From: Magnetococcales bacterium
Lineage (GTDB): Bacteria; Pseudomonadota; Magnetococcia; Magnetococcales; JADGCH01
Direction of reading: 5' to 3'
NCBI GenBank assembly: GCA_015229115.1
Contig: JADGCH010000007.1
Coordinates: 3,315 to 67,314 of the forward strand
Length of the DNA stretch: 64,000 nt
Part shown: positions 8,378-16,964 of the stretch, one piece after another
How positions within the stretch are numbered: the first letter of the stretch is position 1
Layout of the letters: every line of letters starts with the position of its first letter
The notes under the pieces: model-generated
Told to the model about the DNA's origin: nothing
What the model saw: only the letters and a program-made list of their open reading frames with translations
Databases searched by the model: none
Translations under genes and position numbers: made by a program

Positions 8378-9607
8378 ATGGGACCCGAGGAAACTACCCT
8401 ACAGGACCAGTCCGGTCACAACAGTGAGCAGTATATCGTTGCCAAACGGGTCGCCCTGGTTGGTACTGTCGGCGATACCTTCCTAACCCTGTCCAAACTG
8501 AGCATCGGTATATTGGGCAATTCAGCGGCCTTGATCGCTGAAGGCATCCATTCCGGTGCCGACCTGATTTTCGATGTGGTCGTGCTGATCGGCATGCGCA
8601 TGGCGCGAGCCAAACCGGACGAGAGCCATCCTTATGGCCATGGTCGTTTTGAGAGTCTGGCGACGCTCATACTGGCCCTGCTGCTGCTGTTGGTGGCGTT
8701 CGAAATCGGTGTACAGGCCGTGGCCAAAGTACAGGCCCCGGACCTTGAAGCACCTGCCATGATGACACTGGTCATGGCCGGTCTATCGATGGTGATTAAG
8801 GAGTTGCTCTATCACTATACGGTACGGGCTGGACGCCGGGTCGGTTCAAAGATCACCATCGCCAATGCCTGGCACCACCGGGCTGATTCCATCGCCTCCT
8901 TTGCTGCACTGATTGGCATCGCGGGCGCTATCCTCGGTTGGCCTCTGCTGGATCCGGTCGCTGCTATTGGTGTGGCCTTTTTTGTCGCCAAGGCCGGTGT
9001 CGAGATTGCCCATACCGCACTGCTGGACCTGACCGAAGCCTCCTCAGCGGTTGACAACGAGGTGCGCGATACCCTGAATCGGTTGATCTATGAGCATTCC
9101 GATATCCGTTCGGCTCACATGTTGCGCGCACGCCGGTTGGGACCCGATGTCATGGTGGACGTCCACGTCGTGGTCAATCCATTTCTATCCGCCTCCGAAG
9201 GACACATTATTGCCGACAGCCTGGAACTGGCCATTCTGCGCGAAGTGAACGAAGTCACGTCCGTGATTGTCCACATTGACGTCGAAGCCGATGACAAGGT
9301 GGATCGCAACAGCAACCGGGAACCACCACTATCACGTCAGGAGCTGCAACAGCTGCTGGTCAAACAGGAGCCCCTGCCCCAACCACTGGTAACGTTGCAT
9401 CATGTCGTCCCTCACTACAGCCGTGACGGTATCACTGCCGACCTGTTTTTTACCGCCCAGCCCCACGCCACCGTAGATGAAGTCAAGACCATGGCCAAAG
9501 GATTTGGTTATCGTACAGTGCAGCATTATCGTGATCGTCAGACGGGCTGCCGGGCTGTCAATCTGCATCTGTTTTTAGGAGAGATTGGTACGCAGGACAA
9601 GGCTTAA
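8378..9607 (+). CDS. cation diffusion facilitator (CDF) metal efflux transporter with about 100 extra C-terminal residues
   Basis: The CDF signature is SAALIAEGIHSGADLIFD...ESHPYGHGRFE. TM5 carries NAWHHRADSIAS, giving H-x3-D in both TM2 and TM5. The protein is 409 aa, whereas typical family members are about 300 aa. Confidence 0.85.
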   Translation: MGPEETTLQDQSGHNSEQYIVAKRVALVGTVGDTFLTLSKLSIGILGNSAALIAEGIHSGADLIFDVVVLIGMRMARAKPDESHPYGHGRFESLATLILALLLLLVAFEIGVQAVAKVQAPDLEAPAMMTLVMAGLSMVIKELLYHYTVRAGRRVGSKITIANAWHHRADSIASFAALIGIAGAILGWPLLDPVAAIGVAFFVAKAGVEIAHTALLDLTEASSAVDNEVRDTLNRLIYEHSDIRSAHMLRARRLGPDVMVDVHVVVNPFLSASEGHIIADSLELAILREVNEVTSVIVHIDVEADDKVDRNSNREPPLSRQELQQLLVKQEPLPQPLVTLHHVVPHYSRDGITADLFFTAQPHATVDEVKTMAKGFGYRTVQHYRDRQTGCRAVNLHLFLGEIGTQDKA

Positions 9608-9688
9608 CTCAATCCAAGGATGTCTAACAGCAGCAAACGACCCAAGCATCGGTCCAGTCACGAAGATGATTAAATCTGGCAAAATCAT

Positions 9689-10951
9689 ATGAATACATTT
9701 CAAAAACGTACCGCGATTCGTATTGCAGCGGTGAGTTTTTTTCTGGCATCTGTAGCGAGTCCAATCTCCTGGTTCGTTGCGCGTGATCGGGCAGAAGAAA
9801 GCGTTGTTGCACTGGCCATTGAGGAGTCAGAGCGATTGTTGCATTACCACAACGCACTTGACCTATCTGGACCGAAAGCAGGAGAACATGCGGCGGCAGC
9901 TGCGAAAACCATCGCCGGTGGTTTGTTCGACATTGCCGAGATCTATGATAACCGAGGCAATAAGCTCGCTGAATCAATGACCCACGAAGGTGAGATGATT
10001 GAAGCATCTCTGCCAAACCATGGTAGTCCCTCCTACTCTGTAGCCTCTTTTGAAAGTTTAAAATTGTTTGGAGACCGTTGGGTTTTAAGGGTTTTTGTTC
10101 CCTTACGCGTGGCTGCTACCGGTGTCAATGGTCAGGTTACCGGTTATTTTGAGGGAGTCCGTGTCGTTCCTGCCTGGCAGAAACAGCAAATTGTGTTTTC
10201 TGCCCTGGCTACAGCCGTGATGGTCTGTTTGGCGTCGTTGCTGTGTGGTATGGCGATCTATCCTGTGGTCGTTTATCTCTCGTCTGATAATGAGCGCAAG
10301 GCTCGTGAGGTTCTGGACTCCCATCTCTCCATGATGGAATCCCTGGGTCGTGCCATTGCCAAGCGCGATTCTGACACCGGTGCCCATAATTACCGTGTGG
10401 CGTGGATTGCGGCACTGATTGCCGAACGCATGGGAATCAAAGGTAGTGATATGCAGGCCTTGATTGCTGGCAGCTTTCTGCATGATGTTGGAAAAATTGG
10501 TATTCCTGATGCTATTTTGCTGAAACCTGGTAAGTTGGATCATGAAGAGCTGATGGTCATGCGTACCCATGTCAATCAGGGTGAAGAAATTGTCTCTGGG
10601 ATGGGTTGGCTTGATGGAGCCCATGCGGTGGTTGCGGCACACCACGAAAAGTGGGATGGCAGCGGTTATCCGCGCCAACTGGTTCGTACAGAAATACCTC
10701 TTGCAGCACGTGTTTTTGCTGTTGCCGATGTGTTCGATGCCCTCTGTTCAAAACGTCCCTACAAGGAACCATTACAATTTGAGGCCAGCATGGCCATGCT
10801 CGAACAGGGTATTGGCACTCACTTCGATCCATCGGTGATGATTGTTTTCCGTTCAATGGCACAAGAAGTTTTTACACGTTTGGCAGGTAGCAGTGAGATG
10901 AGTGCTCGCGAACTGCTAGAACAGCGTATACGCCACTATTTTGATGTATGA
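9689..10951 (+). CDS. membrane sensor HD-GYP domain protein (c-di-GMP phosphodiesterase family)
   Basis: Two TM segments flank a roughly 170-aa periplasmic region. The HD-GYP motifs are FLHDVGKIGIPDAILLKPGKL and HHEKWDGSGYP. Confidence 0.85.
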   Translation: MNTFQKRTAIRIAAVSFFLASVASPISWFVARDRAEESVVALAIEESERLLHYHNALDLSGPKAGEHAAAAAKTIAGGLFDIAEIYDNRGNKLAESMTHEGEMIEASLPNHGSPSYSVASFESLKLFGDRWVLRVFVPLRVAATGVNGQVTGYFEGVRVVPAWQKQQIVFSALATAVMVCLASLLCGMAIYPVVVYLSSDNERKAREVLDSHLSMMESLGRAIAKRDSDTGAHNYRVAWIAALIAERMGIKGSDMQALIAGSFLHDVGKIGIPDAILLKPGKLDHEELMVMRTHVNQGEEIVSGMGWLDGAHAVVAAHHEKWDGSGYPRQLVRTEIPLAARVFAVADVFDALCSKRPYKEPLQFEASMAMLEQGIGTHFDPSVMIVFRSMAQEVFTRLAGSSEMSARELLEQRIRHYFDV

Positions 10952-10964
10952 AAGGACCCCTAAC

Positions 10965-13550
10965 ATGCCATCCCTTAATCGTGAAATCGCCGATATTTCC
11001 CACTGGTTGCAAAAGGGTCTGAGCGAAAAAGAAGCCGCTGCGCGCTTGCAGGCCGAAGGAGCGAATGAGCTTCCCTCCAGCCGAGGCCATAACCTGCTGG
11101 AGATCATCCTGGAAGTGATGAAGGAACCGATGTTCCTGATGCTGGTCGCCTGCGGTGGGGTTTACTTCCTCATGGGTCGTGAGCACTGGGGTGATGCCTT
11201 CATGCTGCTGGGCTTCGTCGTACTCATCATCGGTATCACGGTAGTCCAGGAGTGGCGAACCGACAAGGCGCTGACTGCCTTGAAGGATCTTTCCAGTCCC
11301 CGTAGCCTGGTGTTCCGGGATGGCCAGCAGAGCCGCATTCCAGGAATGGCGGTGGTGCGTGGCGACCTGATGCTGATCGTAGAAGGGGACCGAGTACCTG
11401 CAGACGCTGTGGTACGACAGTCACTCAATTTAGCCCTTGATGAGTCACTGCTCACTGGCGAGGCCCTGCCAGTACGCAAAACAGCTACTCTGGATACGCC
11501 ACAGGCCGTTCGTCCCGGCGGTGAAGATCTGCCTTTCGTTTATTCTGGCACCCTGGTAACACAAGGACAGGGTGTGGTGGAAGTGGTTGCTACCGGCATT
11601 CGCACCGAGTTAGGCAAGATCGGCAAGTCTTTGCTAGAACTGGCTCCCGAGACGACTCCGCTGCAGCGGGAGACCGGTCGACTGGTCACTGTCATGGCCA
11701 CCGTTGGCCTCACACTGTGTGCTATGCTGGTGATAGCTTACGGACTGACCCGAGGCAACAGTGTGGCAGCCTGGCAGGAAGGGCTGCTGGCTGGTATTGC
11801 CACCGCCATGGCTATCCTGCCGGAAGAATTTCCGGTCATCCTGACCATCTTTCTCGCTTTCGGGGCATGGCGCATTTCGCAAAACCGGGTGTTGACTCGG
11901 CGCATGCCTGCTATTGAAACCCTGGGAGCCGCTAATGTCCTATGCGTCGATAAAACCGGCACCCTGACCCAAAACCGTATGACGGTAAGTCAGCTATGGA
12001 GCTGGCAAAACGGCGCATTGTTCGACGCCAACGCTTCCGACCACACCAGCCTGCCAGAGTCGTTTCACACCCTGATGGAATATGGCATCCTCGCCAGCAA
12101 GAGGGAGCCTTTCGATCCCATGGAAAAGGCCCTTAAAGATCTGGGAGAAGCCCTGCTGGTGAAAACAGAGCATCTCCATCCCGACTGGCAGATGTTGCAC
12201 GAATACCCTTTGTCGCAAAAACTGCTGGCTCTGTCCCATGTCTGGATTGCCAAAAAAGGAACCGATCGAGTGATCGCTGCCAAGGGCGCACCAGAAGCAA
12301 TCGCCGACCTGTGTCATCTGCCATTGGAGGCCATCTCCCGACTGGAACAGCAGGTAACGGCCATGGCTGCCCAAGGTCTGCGGGTGTTGGGGGTTGCCAA
12401 GAGCACCCTAACCGGAGACACCACTCTACCGAGTGATCAGCACAGCCTGACCTTCGATTTCCTGGGGTTGGTAGGATTGGCCGATCCGGTACGACCAACC
12501 GTTCCGGCAGCCATCGCCGAGTGCTATCGGGCCGGGTTGCGGGTCATCATGATCACCGGCGATTACCCTGCGACCGCCAGCAACATTGCGCGCCAGATTG
12601 GTCTCACCTCTCCAGGAGAAGTGATTACAGGTCCGGAACTGGCTGCCATGGATGACGCTGAATTGACAGCCCGTATCGGCCAAGTTAACATCTTTGCCCG
12701 GATGGTGCCGGAACAAAAATTACGGATCGTCAACGCCCTCAAAGCGACTGGGCAAGTCGTGGCCATGACCGGTGATGGCGTCAACGACGCCCCGGCCCTG
12801 AAATCGTCCCACATTGGCATTGCCATGGGAGGACGGGGTACCGATGTGGCACGCGAAGCAGCTGATCTGGTGCTGTTGGACGATGACTTTGCCTCCATTG
12901 TCGGTGCGGTTCGCCTGGGACGACGCATTTATGATAACATCAAAAAGGCGATCGCCTACGTTCTGGCCGTGCATGTTCCCATTGTTGGACTGGCCATGAC
13001 TCCCATTTTGCTGTTGGACATGCCTCTGCTGCTGTTACCGGTCCATATTGTCTTTCTGGAGTTGATCATTGATCCAGCCTGTTCCATTATTTTCGAAGCC
13101 GAGCCGGAAGAACCGGGTATCATGGACCGCCCGCCGCGCTCTCCTGATGAGCACCTGTTTGACCTGAAATCCATCGGTCTGAGCCTGTCGCAGGGGGCGG
13201 TGGTATTAGGCGTGCTGTGGGTCATTCTATGGCTGGGACGTGATTGGGGACATTCAGAAAATGCTGTTCGAGCTGGTGTGTTCGCGGCCATGGTGGTAGC
13301 CAATCTGTTCCTGATCCTGACCAATCGTTCCTGGATGCGCACCATTGTGGCGACCCTGAAAGTACCCAATCCAGCGGTATGGTGGATCGTGGCTGGCGTA
13401 GCCCTGTTTCTGACACTGGTGCTGTCCGTACCGGAGTTGCGCACCCTGTTCCACTTTGATCCGCTGCATCAGCTGGATCTGGTGGCCTGCCTCATCGCTG
13501 GAGTCGTCAGCATCTCATGGTTCGAGGCCTTGAAAGTGATTCGCCGATGA
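10965..13550 (+). CDS. cation-translocating P-type ATPase (P2-like, ion specificity unknown)
   Basis: P-type motifs are CVDKTGTLTQNRM, MITGDYPATA and TGDGVNDAPALK. The N-terminus (GLSEKEAAARLQAEGANELP) looks like a Cation_ATPase_N domain, and TM4 has the motif PEEFP. ATG 10965 has AGGA 8 nt upstream. The ORF-track TTG at 10941 and the ATG at 10944 remain alternative starts. Confidence 0.85.
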   Translation: MPSLNREIADISHWLQKGLSEKEAAARLQAEGANELPSSRGHNLLEIILEVMKEPMFLMLVACGGVYFLMGREHWGDAFMLLGFVVLIIGITVVQEWRTDKALTALKDLSSPRSLVFRDGQQSRIPGMAVVRGDLMLIVEGDRVPADAVVRQSLNLALDESLLTGEALPVRKTATLDTPQAVRPGGEDLPFVYSGTLVTQGQGVVEVVATGIRTELGKIGKSLLELAPETTPLQRETGRLVTVMATVGLTLCAMLVIAYGLTRGNSVAAWQEGLLAGIATAMAILPEEFPVILTIFLAFGAWRISQNRVLTRRMPAIETLGAANVLCVDKTGTLTQNRMTVSQLWSWQNGALFDANASDHTSLPESFHTLMEYGILASKREPFDPMEKALKDLGEALLVKTEHLHPDWQMLHEYPLSQKLLALSHVWIAKKGTDRVIAAKGAPEAIADLCHLPLEAISRLEQQVTAMAAQGLRVLGVAKSTLTGDTTLPSDQHSLTFDFLGLVGLADPVRPTVPAAIAECYRAGLRVIMITGDYPATASNIARQIGLTSPGEVITGPELAAMDDAELTARIGQVNIFARMVPEQKLRIVNALKATGQVVAMTGDGVNDAPALKSSHIGIAMGGRGTDVAREAADLVLLDDDFASIVGAVRLGRRIYDNIKKAIAYVLAVHVPIVGLAMTPILLLDMPLLLLPVHIVFLELIIDPACSIIFEAEPEEPGIMDRPPRSPDEHLFDLKSIGLSLSQGAVVLGVLWVILWLGRDWGHSENAVRAGVFAAMVVANLFLILTNRSWMRTIVATLKVPNPAVWWIVAGVALFLTLVLSVPELRTLFHFDPLHQLDLVACLIAGVVSISWFEALKVIRR

Positions 13551-14713
13551 TTCGTGCGCTGATTGCAGGCTTGCTGCTGTTGCAGATGATTTTGGCCTAT
13601 CCGTCCGCTGCCAACGATGCTTCAACCGGTGAGATTCGCCTTGGTTTGTCAGCCGCGTTAAGTGGATCAGCCGCTGCTTTGGGACAGGGCATGCAGCAAG
13701 GCATCGACTGTCTGGTGCAGCAGGTCAACGCCGGGGGAGGAGTCCACGGACAGCCGCTACGACTGTTGTCCATGGACGATGGCTACGAGCCAGAACGGGC
13801 CGTGGCCAATGTACAGCAGTTGCTGGAACGGGATCAGGTGCTGGCCTTGGTCGGCAATGTTGGTACGCCCACTGCCGTAGTCACCGTGCCCATGGCCAAT
13901 CGTCACCGCACCCTGTTATTCGGGGCCTATACCGGAGCCGGTCTGCTGCGTCGCAGCCCTCCAGACCGGTACGTCATCAACTTCCGCGCCAGCTACGCCG
14001 AAGAAACCATGGCCATGATCGATGGCCTGCTCGGTCGTGGCATTCGACCTGAAGAGATTGCCTTTTTTACCCAGAACGATGGTTATGGCGATGCCGGTTA
14101 CCAAGGCGCTATCCGGGCCCTTAAGTCCCACGGCTACGCTGCTGCTGAGGCGTTGCCACATGGGCGGTACACGCGCAACCGCATCCATGTCGAGAAGGCC
14201 TTGGGAACCATTTTGGACAGTCCCATGGAACCAAAAGCCATTATCATGGTCGGAACCTACAAGCCAACGGCTGCTTTTGTTCGATTGGCCCGTCAGGAGC
14301 TGCCACGGACCCGCTTTTTGAGTGTATCCTTTGTTGGCAGTGAGCCATTGGCTCAGGAACTGGGACCGGATGGGGATGGGGTGGTGGTCACCCAAGTGGT
14401 ACCCCCCATCGATACCGATTGGCCGGGTGTGCGCGACTATCACAAGGCTATGGCTACCTGCGGCTATCAGCCCGGACTGGTCTCGCTGGAAGGTTTTTTG
14501 GCAGCGCGTCTGTTGCTACTGGGACTGGAGCGAGCCGGGCCGCAACCCACCCGTGAGGGAATTATCCAGGCGCTGGAATCGTTGGGAACGGTGGATCTTG
14601 GTTTGGGTGCCCCCCTGATGCTCAGTGCCCAGGAACATCAAGCCAGCCATACGGTCTGGCCCACTGTATTGCGACAAGGGCGTTTTGTCGCTGTGGATTG
14701 GAATAACTTCTAG
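13547..14713 (+). CDS. periplasmic binding protein, Leu/Ile/Val-binding (type 1 PBP) family, with no cognate ABC genes nearby
   Basis: ATGA overlap with the ATPase stop. The signal peptide is MIRALIAGLLLLQMILAYPSAAND. The family pattern is IRLGLSAALSGSAAALGQGMQQG...LSMDDGYEPERAV...LALVGNVGTPTA. Confidence 0.8.
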   Translation: MIRALIAGLLLLQMILAYPSAANDASTGEIRLGLSAALSGSAAALGQGMQQGIDCLVQQVNAGGGVHGQPLRLLSMDDGYEPERAVANVQQLLERDQVLALVGNVGTPTAVVTVPMANRHRTLLFGAYTGAGLLRRSPPDRYVINFRASYAEETMAMIDGLLGRGIRPEEIAFFTQNDGYGDAGYQGAIRALKSHGYAAAEALPHGRYTRNRIHVEKALGTILDSPMEPKAIIMVGTYKPTAAFVRLARQELPRTRFLSVSFVGSEPLAQELGPDGDGVVVTQVVPPIDTDWPGVRDYHKAMATCGYQPGLVSLEGFLAARLLLLGLERAGPQPTREGIIQALESLGTVDLGLGAPLMLSAQEHQASHTVWPTVLRQGRFVAVDWNNF

Positions 14714-14715
14714 CT

Positions 14716-16950
14716 GTGACATCCTTTCATTTAACCATCAAACGGCTGATGACTTTCATTGTTCTCCTGAGCAGTCTCTCAGTACTGCTGCTGACGGTCA
14801 CGGCGTTGTTTTCGAATGAGCGCATCGCCAATTACCAACGTGAGCTGCTGGCTGATGCCCTGCCGGTCAGTGAGGCCAACCGCCACATTGTCCATATCAT
14901 TGACCGGGTCAAGGAACGCCAAAATGAAGCCATGGTGATGACCGCCAGGGCTGAACTGGATGTATTGCAGGCCCGCCCCCCTTTGGAACAGGAATACTAC
15001 ACCGCGCGCGCCCAGTTTGATTATCTGACTTCCAGGTTTCCAGCCATGATCCAGATTCTGGCCCAGATGGACAACACCTTTGCCCAGTATGTTGCCACCG
15101 ATCGACAACTGTTAACACAACACCAGATCCGCATCACACGGATTGAACAGATCACACGACAGACCGCCCTACTAGAGCAACTCATCGCTGGCATCAGTGA
15201 TCGCATCGAAGCCCTGGTGGGCCATGTCTACCTAGCTGGAAAAAAACAGCGCCGGTTGTTGCGTCAGATGATGGAACGCTCCGCAGAAGCCTCTGAAATG
15301 CTCCCCCTGATGCGTGACGAACTACTGGGAACACGAGCCGATATCCGTGATGTAACGGCCAGCATCCAGGATGGCGTCATGACTCTGCGTCTGTTGACCC
15401 AGCAATTGCTGCTGGAACACCAGGAAGATCTGTTGGCCAGCATCAAGGGCAATTACATGGATCAGTCTCTCAATCTGGTGCAGCAATCACTGGAAAAACT
15501 GGGAAAACTGGTTGTGGGGGGAGATCCTGCCCTGCAATCCATCGTGGCCGATTTGCAACAGCACCTGGTACAACTACCCCAGCTGCTCACTCATGGGGAG
15601 CAGTCCCTGCTTGGCCTGCGTCATCAACAACTGGCACAGGTCGCTGTCATCGAAAAAGGCCGGTTTGAGATGGAATTGTTGATCGCTGTCCTGGTTGGAC
15701 AACTGGCACAGCTTGACTCTCCAGCCGGAATGCTGCGCAACGAGATCACCCACTCGATTGCCACTGTGGTCAGCACCAGCCGAGCGTTGCTGCTAGCGGT
15801 TACTTTTCTGGTTCTGATGGGTACCCTGACCACAGCGTCCTTCCTGATACGCCTGATTATCCAGCGCAGCAATCACATTGTCGATGCCCTAGGGGTGTGC
15901 GTTAAAGGTAATTACAACCATCTCATCCCCGTCCATGAGACCAGCCATGCTGATTCCAGTTGCCTGGACCAGATTGCCGCCATGGTTAACACGCTGGTAC
16001 AATCGCTGAAAGAGTCCGAAGAGATGAACCTGCGTGCCATGACCTCACGCATCGCCATCAGCGCCTTGCTGGAAGTCTCTTTGGCACCTCTGTCCCTGAA
16101 AGAGTATCTGAAAGTGGCTCTGCAGATCATTCTGGCGGTACCGTGGATGAAATTACAGAATAGCGGCGCTGTTTTTCTGACCGATGACCACAACCAGCTT
16201 GCTTTAGCAGCCTGCCATGGTATCGACGAAGAGGACACGGATAAGCTGCTTGATAGCTCGGACGCAGAGGGCCACTATCGTTTTCCCATCGTCGCTGGCA
16301 GCCGGTCACTGGGTGTCGTCACGCTGGATTTAGTCGGGGGATATCCTCCCACCAGTGAACGTGAGGTCTTTCTCAGCACGGTTGCCAACACACTGGCTGG
16401 CGTCATTGAACGCAAAAAAGTGGAGGAGCAGCTGCAGCATTTAGCGCACCACGACACACTGACGGGACTGCCCAACCGGGTCCAGTTCAACGAATATCTA
16501 GCCATGGCCCTGACCCGTGCCGTGCGTTCACGGTCGGTCCTGGCTGTCATGCTGCTGGATCTCGACCGATTCAAACAGGTCAACGATACCCTGGGACATG
16601 CCGCTGGGGATCAGTTGCTGGTTGCTGTTACACACCGGATCAAAGGCTGCCTGCGTTCTTCAGATTTGCTGGCCCGGTTAGGTGGCGATGAATTCGTCGT
16701 GGTCCTGCAAGAGATTGCCCATGCCGATGACGCCACGCTGGTCGGCACCAAGATGATTGATGTCCTGGGAAGACCCTTCGAAATCACGGGGCAGAATTGC
16801 GATATCGGCGTCAGCATTGGCATCAGCCTCTACCCCAATCATGGCACCACCGCCGAAGAGTTACTAAGCCAAGCCGATCAGGCCATGTATGCTGTTAAAG
16901 AGGGGGGCCGCAACGGTATCCTGTGCTATGGATCCGTTGCGGCACCGTAA
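14716..16950 (+). CDS. membrane sensor diguanylate cyclase (long helical periplasmic region, GAF-like, GGDEF)
   Basis: GTG start 2 nt after the PBP stop. There are two TM segments. The active site is RLGGDEFVV, with an RxxD I-site (RSSD) five residues upstream. The segment LTGLPNRVQF is typical of the region preceding a GGDEF domain. Confidence 0.8.
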   Translation: MTSFHLTIKRLMTFIVLLSSLSVLLLTVTALFSNERIANYQRELLADALPVSEANRHIVHIIDRVKERQNEAMVMTARAELDVLQARPPLEQEYYTARAQFDYLTSRFPAMIQILAQMDNTFAQYVATDRQLLTQHQIRITRIEQITRQTALLEQLIAGISDRIEALVGHVYLAGKKQRRLLRQMMERSAEASEMLPLMRDELLGTRADIRDVTASIQDGVMTLRLLTQQLLLEHQEDLLASIKGNYMDQSLNLVQQSLEKLGKLVVGGDPALQSIVADLQQHLVQLPQLLTHGEQSLLGLRHQQLAQVAVIEKGRFEMELLIAVLVGQLAQLDSPAGMLRNEITHSIATVVSTSRALLLAVTFLVLMGTLTTASFLIRLIIQRSNHIVDALGVCVKGNYNHLIPVHETSHADSSCLDQIAAMVNTLVQSLKESEEMNLRAMTSRIAISALLEVSLAPLSLKEYLKVALQIILAVPWMKLQNSGAVFLTDDHNQLALAACHGIDEEDTDKLLDSSDAEGHYRFPIVAGSRSLGVVTLDLVGGYPPTSEREVFLSTVANTLAGVIERKKVEEQLQHLAHHDTLTGLPNRVQFNEYLAMALTRAVRSRSVLAVMLLDLDRFKQVNDTLGHAAGDQLLVAVTHRIKGCLRSSDLLARLGGDEFVVVLQEIAHADDATLVGTKMIDVLGRPFEITGQNCDIGVSIGISLYPNHGTTAEELLSQADQAMYAVKEGGRNGILCYGSVAAP

Positions 16951-16964
16951 AACAGGATGGTGAA

